A stretch of 43,596 nt of DNA, counting the filler, from Jimgerdemannia flammicorona (taxonomy: Eukaryota), in NCBI GenBank assembly GCA_003990765.1. It is 2 parts of 2 records of this genome, joined end to end, with 100 filler letters (N's around TTAATTAATTAA, not from the genome) between each part and the next. Parts side by side here need not be neighbours in the genome. Positions count along the whole stretch, not along the records: positions 1 to 21,749 come from RBNJ01001400.1; 1 more part is not named here. One strand, given 5' to 3'. The position numbers were made by a program, and so were the translations under genes. The notes under the pieces were generated by a model. It was not told where the DNA came from, did no database searches, and saw only the letters and a program-made list of their open reading frames with translations. The first letter of the stretch is position 1. The number at the start of each line of letters is the position of its first letter. Shown one piece after another: positions 1-11,946 of the stretch.

Positions 1-36
<36 letters not shown>

Positions 37-61
37 TGTCAATAGCTAAAAAGGAGAGAGT

Positions 62-1570
62 TGTAAGTACACAACCTCTAAGCTACTAAAATCACATATC
101 ATCCTCAGAACTAATTTGGAAACCACATGCAAGACTATAAAACAAGTTACTGAAGAGATCACCTAGTTATAAAAAATATGTCAGCAAGAATAAGGATCTA
201 CTGCCAAGATACAAGAATACCAGAAGAAGTACTACAACTATAAGACCAACTCTATCTCTACAACTAGTTTTAGTATACCATACTATTATAAAAGGAAACT
301 AAAGTACCAAACTTAAACCAAGATAAGAAGAACCCCTCTTATCTACTAAAGATTTATGAACTGTACGTATTAACTCAAGACCAAGATACACTGCAACTAT
401 ATAAAGACCTCATTACTTAGCAGAAGTAAAACATATTTGAATAATCTCATTCACTCTATCTATATCACCTCTATTGAAGAATGACAGATACTTCATCTAA
501 ACTCAAGAAAGCCAACATTGTCAAAACCAATCTCAAGCCCATCCACATGATAGATATTACTACTAAAAATTACCTCAGATTACAGAAAATATTATTTCTG
601 AGAGGTTTGAACCCCCAGCTATAACATTGGAAGCCCTCACCCTAGACAAGAATGGCCAGTCCTCACAAATATATTAGTAGTTCAAAAAAAAAGAGAACCA
701 AGAACTGTTATCCTTGTACAACTACCACCACCAAGGATAGTCTTAATTTTACAAGAGACAGAGGTGATAATATCTTTGAAACTAATGATATCAGAAGACA
801 GAAAACTACTCAGATATCATCAGAGATGATGTCATCAATGATGATATTATCAATAATGATATCATCAAAGACTACTCAGATAGCATCTAAATCTATAAAT
901 AGCACAGCAGTCATTAGTATAGTTAGATTAGCATTATATAATATGACTATGAACTAACTTAGTAGTCAGATAATCTCTTGATATATTAGATCACACTTAT
1001 ACTACATGACTGTATTCTGACTCAACAAAGTACTAAGTACTATATCCATATTTAGCATAGTCCAGATAGCCTCCCATTAGTATAAATACCCCCTCCCCCA
1101 GATCTCAGAATCTCAGAGATTCAAATAGATAAGAATACAACTTCTGAACACTTCTCCAATATTCCCTTATATAACTACTCCTAGTATAGTAATATCATAA
1201 ATAGTAAATAAATCTATTTAATAATCCACAAACTACTCTTAAGTAAATCTGCTTTCCATTAGATCTCACTCTTAACCCCATCACGAAATTTTCTAATTAG
1301 ATATTGTCTATAGCAATATGCTGATTCAACTAAGCTAGTCTTAGTTTTCTAAACTTTCTAAAATATGGAAAATCCTAAACATCCAGAACTAGTCCAAAAA
1401 GGGACTTTGGTTGAGACATCAACTCAATCTTGAAATTAATAAGCATAGAGGACATACTCCATATAAAATTGATCTTAACTTTAAGAAAACAGTCTTCCAG
1501 AATATCCAGAACTTCTAGAAAACCCTTCCAGAACTACATAATAGTTACTCTAATAAGTAACCCTCTTACA
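62..1570 (+). mobile_element. Long (~1.5 kb) degenerate LTR, probably the 3' LTR of a Gypsy-type element
   Basis: Starts TGTAAG (62) and ends CTTACA (1570). Preceded by a purine tract AAAAAGGAGAGAG (48-60, PPT-like). TATAAATA at 1081. Both ends match the inverted copy at 1967-4012. Confidence 0.7.
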
Positions 1571-1966
1571 GGCTAGAAAGATAGCTACTAGTTATTCTAG
1601 ATTGCTCAGATTTATAGAGCTGACAAAACTCTTATTGAGAAGAGTAAAGAAGGCTTCTATAAGATCTTTTTCATCTTGACTTATGGGGTATAGAGTAAGG
1701 AGTTCAGTAAATAAGGTTTCACCTATCTACTAATTTAACTGGAGTACTTCTTTTTGTAAATGAAGTCATTCCACTTGTTGTAAGTATAGAGGTCAAATTG
1801 TTCTTGTACATTAGGTTCAATTTTCTCCAGATTTTCAGATAGTTTGGAATAAATTTCAGTTCAGAGGTTGGACTTTATACCAACTTGTAGAAATTCTCAT
1901 AGAGGTTTATAGTAGAGTAAGAAGTGTCTTGAAGCAGAATTGGATTGTAAACTACTACTACTAAGT

Positions 1967-4012
1967 TATAAGAGGGTTACTTATTAGGGTAACTATTATA
2001 TAGTTCTGGAAGGATTTTCTGGAAGTTCTGGATATTCTGGAAGACTATTTTCTTTAGGTCAAGATCAATTTCATATAGAGTATATCTTCTATACTTATTG
2101 ATTTTAAGATCAGATTAATATCTCAATCAAAGTTCTTTTTTTGAACTGGTTCTAGATATTCAGGATTTTCTATATTTCAGAAAGTTTAAGAAACTAAGAC
2201 TAGCTTAGTTGAATTGATATATTGCTGCAGACAATGTTCAATTAGAAAATTTTATAATAGGGTTAGAAGTGAGACCTAATAGAGTTCAGATTTACTTAAG
2301 AGTGGTCTGTGGGTTATTAAATAGGTTTATTTACTATTCATAATATTGCTATACTAGGAGTAGTTATATAAAGAGATATTATAGAGAAGTGTTCAGAAGT
2401 TGTGTTCAGATTATTCTTATCTGTTCAAGTCTGAAATTCTGAGAGAGAGAGTATTTATACTAATAAGGAGCTATCTGAACTATGCTAAATATGGATATAG
2501 CACTTAGTGTCTTGCTGAGTCAGAATGTAGTTACATAGTATAAGTGTGAACTGATATATCAAGAGATCATCTGACTGCTAAATCAGTTTATAGTTATATT
2601 ATATAGGGCTAATCTAACTATACTAATAACTGCTAGGCTATCTATAGATTTAGATACTGTCTGGGTAGTCTTCAATAACATCACTATTGATGACATCATC
2701 TCTGATGAAGTAGTCATCTAGGAAGAGTAGTTCTCAGATTACTTCTCTTTATTCACTGAGATAGTAATATATTGAGACTTCATCACTATCTTATAGAATA
2801 GCATCATCTGTCTTGTATACTGAATATGAAGTTAGTGGGCAAAAGAGAGATGTATCATCTTTACTTTCATCAGATTCACTGTCTGTATATCTTCTATAAG
2901 TTACAATACTATGAGTTGCAGGGTTGTAGTATATAGTGATTATACTTCATATTACTCATACTTAGATAGTAGAGTTGTTGGTTTGATCTCAAGAGTTGTC
3001 TAGAGGTACAGGTTGCATTCTCTGATCTCTTTATTGTAGTTGAAGTAATCAGAGGTAAATGTGAGTTAGTATTCATATCAGTGATCATTATTTCAATAGG
3101 TTTAATAAGTGGTTATAAATTGTTATAAGTTTCTTGGTAAGACTGGTAGAGTGATTAGAGCTGGTAAGGATCCTTGGCTAGAGGTTATATTGGTATTAAA
3201 GAGATTGTTATCTTCTACTTTATCATTATTGAATTAGATTATATTATAAATGTCCTTTATAATATATCCAACTTGGGGCATTTACAGGATATAGTTATTG
3301 AGATACAAGAAGGTTCTGTCTATGGTTTGAATATACTTGATATACTTATAGTTAAGTTCTTGTATCATATTATTGATTTGCCCATAGGATAGAGTGCCAA
3401 CTATTTCAGTAGTAGTAACTTAGAGGTAGAGAATAAAGGTACTGTACTCATAAAAGAGTTCTTGGTATTTATGTATAATGAGTTTCTGGTGTTAAGACAT
3501 CTGGATAATATCTATATCATAGTGATGTTCAACTATATCTTCTAGAAGATAGCCAATCTGATAGTAGCTTGAGATTTGTCCAATTTGATGGGCCTCGCTA
3601 AGCATGTTTAGGGCATTTCATCAGACTTCTATAAAGTAGAGAGGTACTAGGCTATGGATATTTATGAGAAGCAGAAGAGGAGTAACTCAGTTGACAATGG
3701 CATTCCAAATATCAGCATAGATATAGTTGTAGATCTCAGTGGTCATAGTTATATATATGTTTAAAAGTTGGAGTTATTATTTGATTTGTTGTAGTTCTCT
3801 ATTTTGATGTATCTTGGTACTCAGTATATATATATTCAGTCCTGATTGGTGAGATTTCGTTTATATAAATCTTGTATTCTATAACTTCAAGTTGACTCAG
3901 CTTTGTATACTATAACTTCAGTTTGACTCAGCTTCATGATCTTGTATATAATTTCCAGATTTATTCAGAGAGTGATGTGTAATTTTGATGGCTTAGAGGT
4001 TGTATGCTTATA
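1967..4012 (-). mobile_element. Second, inverted copy of the same long LTR family (~2 kb)
   Basis: 1967-2710 is the reverse complement of ~815-1570 (TATAAGAGGGTTAC vs GTAACCCTCTTACA). 3960-4012 matches 62-110. The terminal TG/CA dinucleotides have mutated to TA. Confidence 0.7.
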
Positions 4013-5371
4013 TTTCATTATATCTAATATAATAGTAAATATATTTATTACTCTGAAAGTCAAAATTCAGTTTAGTTTTTAATCTTCTACATCTTTCACA
4101 TTTAAGTAATTCACCATTTAAAAACTTTTCTTTACAGTTTTTATATATACAGTCATTTTCAATTATTTTACCAGCTACTTTACTATAAGTTCTGATTTGA
4201 CAGATAGATTGATTTTCACTGTTTTCAAAGTAAAAGCAAAAATCACAATTATTTTCTATTCTACTCTTCTAATTTCAAGATTGTATAAATTAACTCTCTC
4301 ACTATTACTTAGTTTTAACTTCTATTCAAGTAACAATTTCTCAAGTTTGAGACTTAACTTTTTCTAATAATTGTGAAAATTTACTTTTTATTTTTATTTC
4401 TAATATCTTAAACTTGCTTAGTATTTTAGATAAAGCTTTTTTGAATAAATATAATTATCTTTACAAGTTTTCTTTTTCTATCTTTTGAGTTTGGTTTTTT
4501 TATACTCTTTTGCTAATAATCTTTTTTACTCATATAATTTTGCTTAAGGTTCCTTAATCTTTTTTAATAATTTCAACTTATCTCTAATTTTCTCTTTTAA
4601 AGATATATACTTCCTTTTTATATTCTATTTCTTACTAATTTTAGTAAAAGAGATAAAGTGAGTTTTGGCATCTACTTCTCATTTCTTGATAATTCTCACA
4701 ATAACCTCATTAAGTTTATCTAATTTACTGTTTTTGATTTTCTCTAATAATTTTTGTAGTTCTCCTTCTAACCAATAAACTCTTTTATTTTTTATATTCT
4801 CTTCTGTTTATTCAGAATAATATAATAAAAGTTTCTTAGTTCAATTTTAACTTTTGCAATTCATTCAGTAATATCTTTTACTATATCTTTAAGAAAAATA
4901 CTATGAAGATTATAACTCTTCTCTTTAGTCTTCTTCAAATAGTTCCTTTTTTATCTTATTCTCTTCTAATTATTTTTCAATAATTTTCTCACTTTCCTCT
5001 AAATCTAAACCTTGTAGAGTAGAGAAAATATCTTTTTTAATATCATTTATTTCATTATAATGTTTAAATCAATTATTATAATATTGAATATATTAATAAA
5101 GCAAGTAAATATATTCTTACCAAGAACTTTTAATAGGATAATTCTCACAAAACCTTGGTCAGTATTCTTCATTATTAATTTGGGCAATTTTATCAACTAC
5201 TGCTAGATCAGGATCATGAGTAATATATCCATCTCCTAAATATTTAATTATCTCTTATTTAATTTCTTTATTATTCAACTGCTTAACTCATAATAGTGCT
5301 TTTAATTATTTGATTTAGTTTAATAATTCTTTATTTCTCTCTTGGAGTTTATTGATTATGTTTTTTGTCAT
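4013..5371 (-). pseudogene. Degenerate intronless K/E/I/L-rich ORF, plausibly code 4 (Mollicutes-like); unknown function
   Basis: From ATG 5371 one frame reads MTKNIINKLQERNKELL...KYLGDGYITHDPDLAVVDKIAQINNEEY(TGA)PRFCENYP...YYNN(TGA)FKHYNE for about 370 codons. TAA/TAG stops fall where CAA/CAG (Gln) would fit. A Cys-rich tail in another frame reads NCDFCFYF...CKEKFLNGELLKCERCRR. Confidence 0.5.
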
Positions 5372-5469
5372 AAATTTATATTTATTTTTCTTTTATATAC
5401 TTATATATTTCTTTTTATAAGATTATGTCAAATATATAGATTATTTTAGTAAAAAAAAAAAAAAAAACA

Positions 5470-5777
5470 ATGGTTATTTTTCTTTAAGGTAGTTCTGAAT
5501 GAAAAAAGAAATACACCAGATTTTTATATTCTACTGATGATAATCCAGTTATAGTATGAAAATGAAGAAATATTCCCTGAAAAAATTATGTTCTATCTAA
5601 TTATAATGTATCAAAGTCCTATCAATATCAGTGAAGACTTTAAAAGAAGTATGAAAACAGAGAACATTAGATTATACTTTTGGTTTGCTTACTCTAATCA
5701 AATTATATAATGAATATTGAATAATTAAAAAGTTACTAACAAAACAGCAGCAAAAATAAATAATCGAGTAACGTCAA
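5470..5777 (+). pseudogene. Degenerate code-4-like ORF fragment divergent from the 5371 ORF
   Basis: The frame from ATG 5470 has TGA at 5500, 5557, 5563, 5578 and 5632, giving SSEWKKKYTRFLYSTDDNPVIVWKWRNIPWKNYVLSNY...QYQWRL. Its TAA/TAG stops are compatible with C-to-T damage. Confidence 0.4.
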
Positions 5778-5819
5778 ATGTTCACTTTGTCTAGTTTTGT
5801 TGCAGCACGCCCCATATAA
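5778..5819 (+). repeat. 42-bp direct repeat, copy 1 (ATGTTCACTTTGTCTAGTTTTGTTGCAGCACGCCCCATATAA)
   Basis: 41/42 identical to 11947-11988. Confidence 0.95.
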
Positions 5820-6215
5820 CATCTGGACAGAACGAGAATGGTCACGTGCATGACCGGCAAGCAGTCACCTATTGATGTTTGGCAATTGCCAATATCTATG
5901 CTTACATTCTCGTGGTTATACAATATATGCGCTTACTCTACTGTACGTCTGTTACCAACTTAACCAAAAGTAAAAAGCTACGTACAAATATGACGGCGAA
6001 GCTGAAACAACCTAATGCAATGTACGGAAACAGATTGTCTATTATACAAACGGCCGGCCTCGTCTCCCAAATTGCTTTCAAATCTCCGTCCGGCAACCAC
6101 CCCAAATTATTAAATAGTCTCGAAGCAAAAGCAATATATGTCTGTGTATATGCCAGATTCCCGCTCGCCAACGCTCAACCCATTCCACTGCATGTCCATC
6201 CTCCTTTTCACACCT

Positions 6216-8121
6216 TTATGACATGGCCGCCATGACCAACGCGAAGAAGACGATCGTCGCAAAGATCTTCATCATAAGCCATCGGTTCGAGGAGATGTTA
6301 TTGAAATATTTTTGCAGCTCCTTCTGCGCGCCCGTGACATTCATCTCGATGTCATCCGTGTTTTGGTCGATCCTGGGTGATTCAGAGATAAAAGAAAGAT
6401 TAAGGGAGGACTAAATGGGGTGGGATCCTACGCTGACACAGGGTAATGAGCTGCGACCATTCCGATCGGACAGCCTCCCACCCCCTTTCCCCCGAGAAAA
6501 AAAAAAAAAATAGTGTAGTCTCGTGGTCTACAAAGAAATCTTGAGCCAGTTTTCACATCTTCTCCTGCCATTACCGCCTTAAATTTCTAATTCCGTTTCT
6601 CGCACCTCCGTAAATTCGCGTCCTTCCGAACATACTCTCTAATTCGCACTACCAGTAACACAAGAAAAGAAAAAACTCAATCTTTACCTCTGCACCTGCT
6701 CCCTTTGTTCCGCCACCATCTGCGCCAGCTGCTGAAAAATGTTGCCCAGCTCCGCGATCGTGCTCTCGATCGATTCAATAGCCGTCGAGCGGCTCTCGAT
6801 GTACTGCTCTTGCTGCATCACCATCATTTGCGCCTGTTGCTGACCTGGGGTAAGCATTGGGATGCCCAACCCCAGAGTGGAGTCGTCGTCTGTCGGCGAA
6901 GCGGGGGACATGAGGTTGCTATTCACGGCGCGGCGATCGGTATTGAGGAGGGGAGAATTGGCTAAGGGAGGGATGGGTCCAGATGATGAGGGGGGGTTTT
7001 GGGGGTCATGTGACACGCGCGAGACCGGCCGAGAATGGGGGTTTCGATTAGTTTTCGATGCAGAGTGTGCAAAATGAAAAGAAAGAAATGGGAAATTTCA
7101 ACTAGGTTAGGAAAGCACGCCCGAAATAGAGTATAAGGGAAACCTGCGAAACGCACAATGTGTCTTACGACGATGGTGCAATTCAGATGCAGCAGTAGGT
7201 ATGTAGTCGGTAGGAGACGACGTACTTATCGTTGGCCGGGTGGATTGCTCGGCCGTAGAGAACATGAACTGTTCTCGCCGGTCCTTGCTGGCTTTCATAT
7301 TCTGTCGGTTTCATAGATGTGAAAAAGATGCGGAGAATATAAATACTATAACTCTCGCTCAATCTCTCCACTAGCCATCTCAAAAACGAACCCTCAAATA
7401 TCCCCCACAAAAGCAAGTCAATACGAATCAAACCACTGATTAGCCAATATGAGACGTTAGACTATTACCTGGGTCCTTATCTCCAACACATCCTTGAAAC
7501 TCATGGATGTGGTCGCAAGTTTGCTCTGGAGCAACACGACGACATTGGACGAGTGCTCCGACGCTTGTTTCGACGGACCCTTGGTCGTCCGCACGTAATC
7601 CTGTAGCTGTGCGATCTGCTTGTTCAGCTTCGCGATGTCTTGCTTGATGATAAATGTGAGTTCCTGGTGGATTCAAGAGATGGGAAATCGGGTAGTGTAA
7701 GAACATTTGTGCGAGGATCTCGAATTCATAAACTACAAGGCTGCTCTGAGACGCATACGCTAATTTCCACCGGTTTGTCGTCGAATAACGTTTTCCGTCT
7801 GGCGACTATAACGCAAAGAAAGAAAGTAAGTACGTCACTCTGACCCCAGATGCTTGAACGTCCCTCCCGCTCCAAGGTGGTATGCGACAGCCTACGTTTT
7901 GTCAATTTCTCAAGCTTTGCGGCGACGATGTTGATTTCTTTGCCGATTTGACCGGCCATCTGCGCGAACTCGGATTTGGAGCTCAAAGCGCTATGCTTTT
8001 TTGAGCCTGGCGGCGGGGTCGCCAAGAGGGATCGCCGCTCGAGGGCTGTCTGGTGAGAGCGGGAGCGGATGGACTCTACGGCGGAGTGGAATTCCTGGGT
8101 GCGGTCTTTGATGGAGTTCAT
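6216..8121 (-). CDS. sed5: Cis-Golgi t-SNARE syntaxin-5 (Sed5), 6 exons
   Basis: N-terminal KDRTQEF motif, LARRKTLFDDKPVEISELTFIIKQDI, SNARE motif ESRSTAIESIESTIAELGNIFQQLAQMVAEQREQVQRIDQN, and C-terminal SSNRWLMMKIF plus TM helix. GT-AG exons about 8121-7896, 7805-7759, 7663-7469, 7301-~7225 or 7169, ~6961-6688 and 6372-6216. Confidence 0.96.
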
Positions 8122-8283
8122 TGACGTTGTAGGTGGTTGAAGGGAGTGTGCTTCGGTGCAGGAATGTTGGACGATTCGGCAGGCAATAAATTACCTCATG
8201 ATGTCATCAGGTGGCCAGCCACCCATCACTGAACCACTGAACCACTGCTACGTCAGCAGCAGCCATCAGCCCCATCAATCAGC

Positions 8284-8295
8284 GGTGACGTCACC
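8284..8295. promoter_or_regulatory. Perfect palindrome GGTGACGTCACC (CRE/ATF bZIP-type site) in the divergent promoter upstream of sed5
   Basis: Contains TGACGTCA, about 160 bp upstream of the sed5 ATG. Function is inferred only. Confidence 0.3.
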
Positions 8296-8489
8296 CTTTC
8301 TGGAATAAGAGGTGACCACTTTTTGTTTTTGTCGCGTGTCGATAATTCCTTTTTTCCATAGTGCTCCACCGATTCCCTTATTCGGCGCAAACTTCACACT
8401 ACGCTATTGATAATTGATTAGGTTACGCGGTGTGTAGACCTTCCTTTTTTGCATTTCCATCACCAGCATTTACTTTCTTTTTGCTCGTG

Positions 8490-11373
8490 ATGGACGTTCC
8501 ATTCCTGATCCAACACAGTGACGACTCATCCTATCCTTCCAGTTCATGTCCGGGAAAAGAATACACGAATATTTCCGCAAAATGGGACATACTCGGATTT
8601 GAATGCGATATAGAGCAGTTCAAACAGAAGATTGATGTATACCTCAAATCCCTTTCGAGTATTTTGGATTGTGGACAAGACAAAAGGCACGAAAGAGCAA
8701 AGCTCCTTCTTGATAGATATAGGAAAGTAAGCATCTTTTTGTCTGAAGGTGAGGGAAATAGTGGTGTGACGGGAACCTTCTCGCTTCCCGGTCATTCAAG
8801 ACTTTTCGTCGAGCCACAAAACCAGTGTTGGGGCACAGGTGACCTTTTCGCTTGCCTGATGTTCAAGACTTCTCGTCGACCCAACATTGGTCCCATTGAG
8901 GCACAGGTGACCTTTTTGCTTGCCTGATGTTGAAGGTTTTTTCGTTGGGACACAGGTGACCTTCGAGCTTGTGTTCAGAGCTTTTTTAAGCGGGCCCAAC
9001 GAACCAAACTGGTGGGACGGAAAAATCATACAGGGAATGATATTGGTTTGGAATATTACTGAATCCCATATATATTCCATTCTAGGGAACTCGGCCTGAC
9101 TATGAATTGGCAAAAAAATGGAAGGAGAACAATAAAAGCACTAATAGTTCTGTACGTCTATATCGACCAAGATTTCATGGAGTATATGGCAGCTCCTTTG
9201 GAGTCGGTGGAACAATTAATAATGATGGTACTGAATTATTAAGAAGATTAGAGAAGAAAAGGTAGGTTTAACTACCACCTTGTTATATGATATTAATGAG
9301 CAAATACGGGTCGTCGTGATTGATAACAATAAAGATACTAAAGCATGCGTTGCCGGACCATCGTGTGACATCTCTTTAGTATAACCTTCATGAAGCAAGA
9401 TCTTGAGACGAAAAGGTCTCGGTGAGTAATATCCACTTGTGCAATCAATGATATTGGATCAGTCACTAATGCTTCTTTTGAACGAATACTCATGCAGGCC
9501 GCGAGTTGCTGGTGCGAATACACAATGGCTGAAACGGGTACATATATTTATAATTCGTCAAGACTCAAACAAGCAGTTGTCTACGTGACTAATTTACATC
9601 CTCTTTCGTAGGACGACATCAACGAGCACGACATCAGTAATACAATAACGAGTCATTTGAGCTCTGCGCGTTCCAGAGAGGCAGTAGTTCATGGTAAAAG
9701 AAAGCTGGATGATACCGAAAGCCAGGATGGTGAAGACGAGACCGGTGATATCGAGCCTGAACATGATGAAGATGAAAACGACAAAGACGAAAGTAAAGAT
9801 GATTACCCTGAAGACGAACCTGAGGTAAAAATGACATCTAATTCGAAGATCTGGTCCCGAGATTGAATTTCATAATCAGGCGAAGATGTGCATTCACACT
9901 ATCAATCTCTAATTATGTAGGATTGCATGTCAGCTCCTGAACACTCTCTAGTTGACCTAGAAGAGCTTTCAGTGATCGATGGCATCAACGTTTCGCGCAT
10001 GCCGAAGCTTGATGGAAACATGGAGATCGTTAATATTGAAGCTGATAGAAAGGTTGTTGCTCAGTGGATTCTCCCCGACAGAAGAAATATGAGTGAGTTG
10101 TTTGCAGAGTACAGAGAGATGGCAGAAGAAAGAGACATGTAAGTTTTACACCTGCCACGCTTATGGCTCGATTCAATATTTGTTTGTACTAATTTCATGC
10201 TCTTTGGTCAGATTCGCGAAGTGCCACATTCTGGAGATTGCTGACGTAGCGCCAATTCGCAGCGCTCTTGGTGATGAAGATCTATGGGATGAAATCGAAA
10301 CGGAGTGGGACGCAAAATGGCGGGACTTTCTTCCTAGTGAGAAAGCTAAAGAGTATTTAGCGTCATTGCGAATGGTAAGAGGTAGCATTAAAGTCACATA
10401 ATGCTATGTTAACCGTTTAAACCAGAGGTTCGGAGTGTTTTGATGAAGCCGTACACCGAACATACCTACGACGTCAAAATTCACTATGATCTCGAGTATA
10501 TCCATACCGTGATTCGAAATTTGTACGTTTCCCTTAAATTTATCTTTGCAAATTTATCTGAAGATTGAAATGCGCTGACATCTATACTCTCTATCTTGGA
10601 CAGTGTTTCAATGGCCGAGCAGACGGTTAATCCCTTCATGGACGATTCCAACACAGCGGCAACTTGGCGAGACCAAGATAGCGGCGAGGAAGTTGGACGC
10701 CGCTGTTATAACAAGAGATACTTGGCGGGTGGAGCTATTGACAATGGAAGCTGGTCGACAGGACAGCGTCGAGGGCCAATCCAAGTTATTATCGGATCGT
10801 TACAAACTCGCAAGAGCACTGAAAGATCAAATCGATTTTATCTACAAATGGCTTCCCGAGGACCAAAAGCAACAAATCACAGAGGTGGAGGTATTTGGAA
10901 TATTGATATCTGGTACGTTGATATTTATGCAATGCAAAGCTTACCATATGGGATACGGAATTTTAACGGCATTTTTTTTTTTTTTGTACCATATTAGGGT
11001 TTGAGGGATGGGTATATGCCATGGACTTGCCCTGCTCAGGTGTATACCGCTTCGGTGAGCTGTTTCGATTCGAGTTGCCCCGTCAATTTGACTCCTATGA
11101 CCTTCTTATCAAGTCATTGGCGAGATTCCTTGCCCTAAAGGTTTGTTGAGGGAATTTAGTTTGGATATTTGCGCCACTAAGGACTTACCTTTTTTCTTTT
11201 TTTAATAGGCTCGTCTCCGTGGGGTACTCTAAAAACTTCAAGAAATCAAGGGAAAGAGCACGATACAGATGCTACATGACTCGAATTCATTCTGGTCACC
11301 AAGAAAAAGACAGGGAACGCAGCCGACAAGGTTGACGCCAACGTCGCCTGAAAAAAAGAGCAGTTGTCATTAA
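8490..11373 (+). pseudogene. Multi-exon gene with C-terminal PD-(D/E)xK restriction-endonuclease-fold domain (Crinkler-associated REase-like); probably pseudogenised
   Basis: Spliced reading MDVPFLIQH...LLDRYRK / GTRPDYELAKKW... / acidic tract / ARKLDAAV...VELLTMEAG...KLLSDRYKLARALKD...VFGILISG / WVYAMDLPCSGVYRFGELFRFELP. Premature TAA at 11230 in the last exon, whose frame continues to 11373. Frame and acceptor inconsistencies at ~10425 and ~10605-10650. Confidence 0.65.
8775..8972. repeat. Degenerate intronic tandem repeat (core GCACAGGTGACCTTTT..GCTTGCCTGATGTT, 3-4 copies)
   Basis: Copies near 8832, 8899 and 8949, with a partial copy at 8775. Confidence 0.7.
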
Positions 11374-11470
11374 GAATGAAGGAAAAGTGGTGGCTCTATA
11401 AGCTCAGAAAGGGCGGAAGCAGAGGGTCTTGTGCTGTATATGTGTATTATAAAGTGTCACGGACTCCTAA

Positions 11471-11946
11471 TGAACCACACCCACTACTAAACCAAAACCA
11501 AAACCAAATGGATTGATTGTTCGAACTGCGATGTGCACATGGGGGTTATACTGTTCGGAGAAAATTCGGACCATTGCCAAAAATCCTTCTGCTGATAACG
11601 AGATCGAAAAAAAAAAAAATGCCACTACTTATGTTAATGATTATCATAATTCCGAACTGGTAGTGGGTTTATTCCCTCAATACAAATTACAAAGATGATG
11701 ACTACCGAATGAAGCCCGACCTACTGATAACAAAATTTCAGGCACTATGGAAAACGAACGAATAGCCGAAAAACTCCGTGACCCCGAAGGATACGCCAAA
11801 ATCTGAGGCAAGAATAAAATTGAAGAAAAAAGCAATTCAAGTCAAATATCTTCTTTATGACTAATTCCAGCCATCTTGGCTACGGCCGGGATAACAGCAA
11901 TGGTATGCTGGATGCTAAGGAAGAAGCCAGCAAAAAGACAAGGAAG
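11471..11946 (+). pseudogene. Code-4 (TGA=Trp) bacterial-like ORF fragment with C-terminal membrane anchor; putative endobacterial horizontal transfer
   Basis: Only TGA stops (11471, 11696, 11699, 11804, 11858) and no TAA/TAG. Reads ...FPQYKLQRWWLPNEARPTDNKISGTMENERIAEKLRDPEGYAKIWGKNKIEEKSNSSQISSLWLIPAILATAGITAMVCWMLRKKPAKR. Confidence 0.6.

Noticed and set aside
652..957. 101-aa ORF, and the similar 3174-3392 ORF
   Set aside because: Lie within degenerate LTRs, have low complexity and show no recognisable domain.
5879..6414. ORFs 5879-6235, 5938-6171 and 6223-6414
   Set aside because: Overlap the last exon or 3' region of sed5. They are antisense or chance ORFs.
11696..11860. In-frame TGAs as selenocysteine codons
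   Set aside because: Several TGAs including a tandem pair, no redox motif and no recognisable SECIS. Trp fits the context better.
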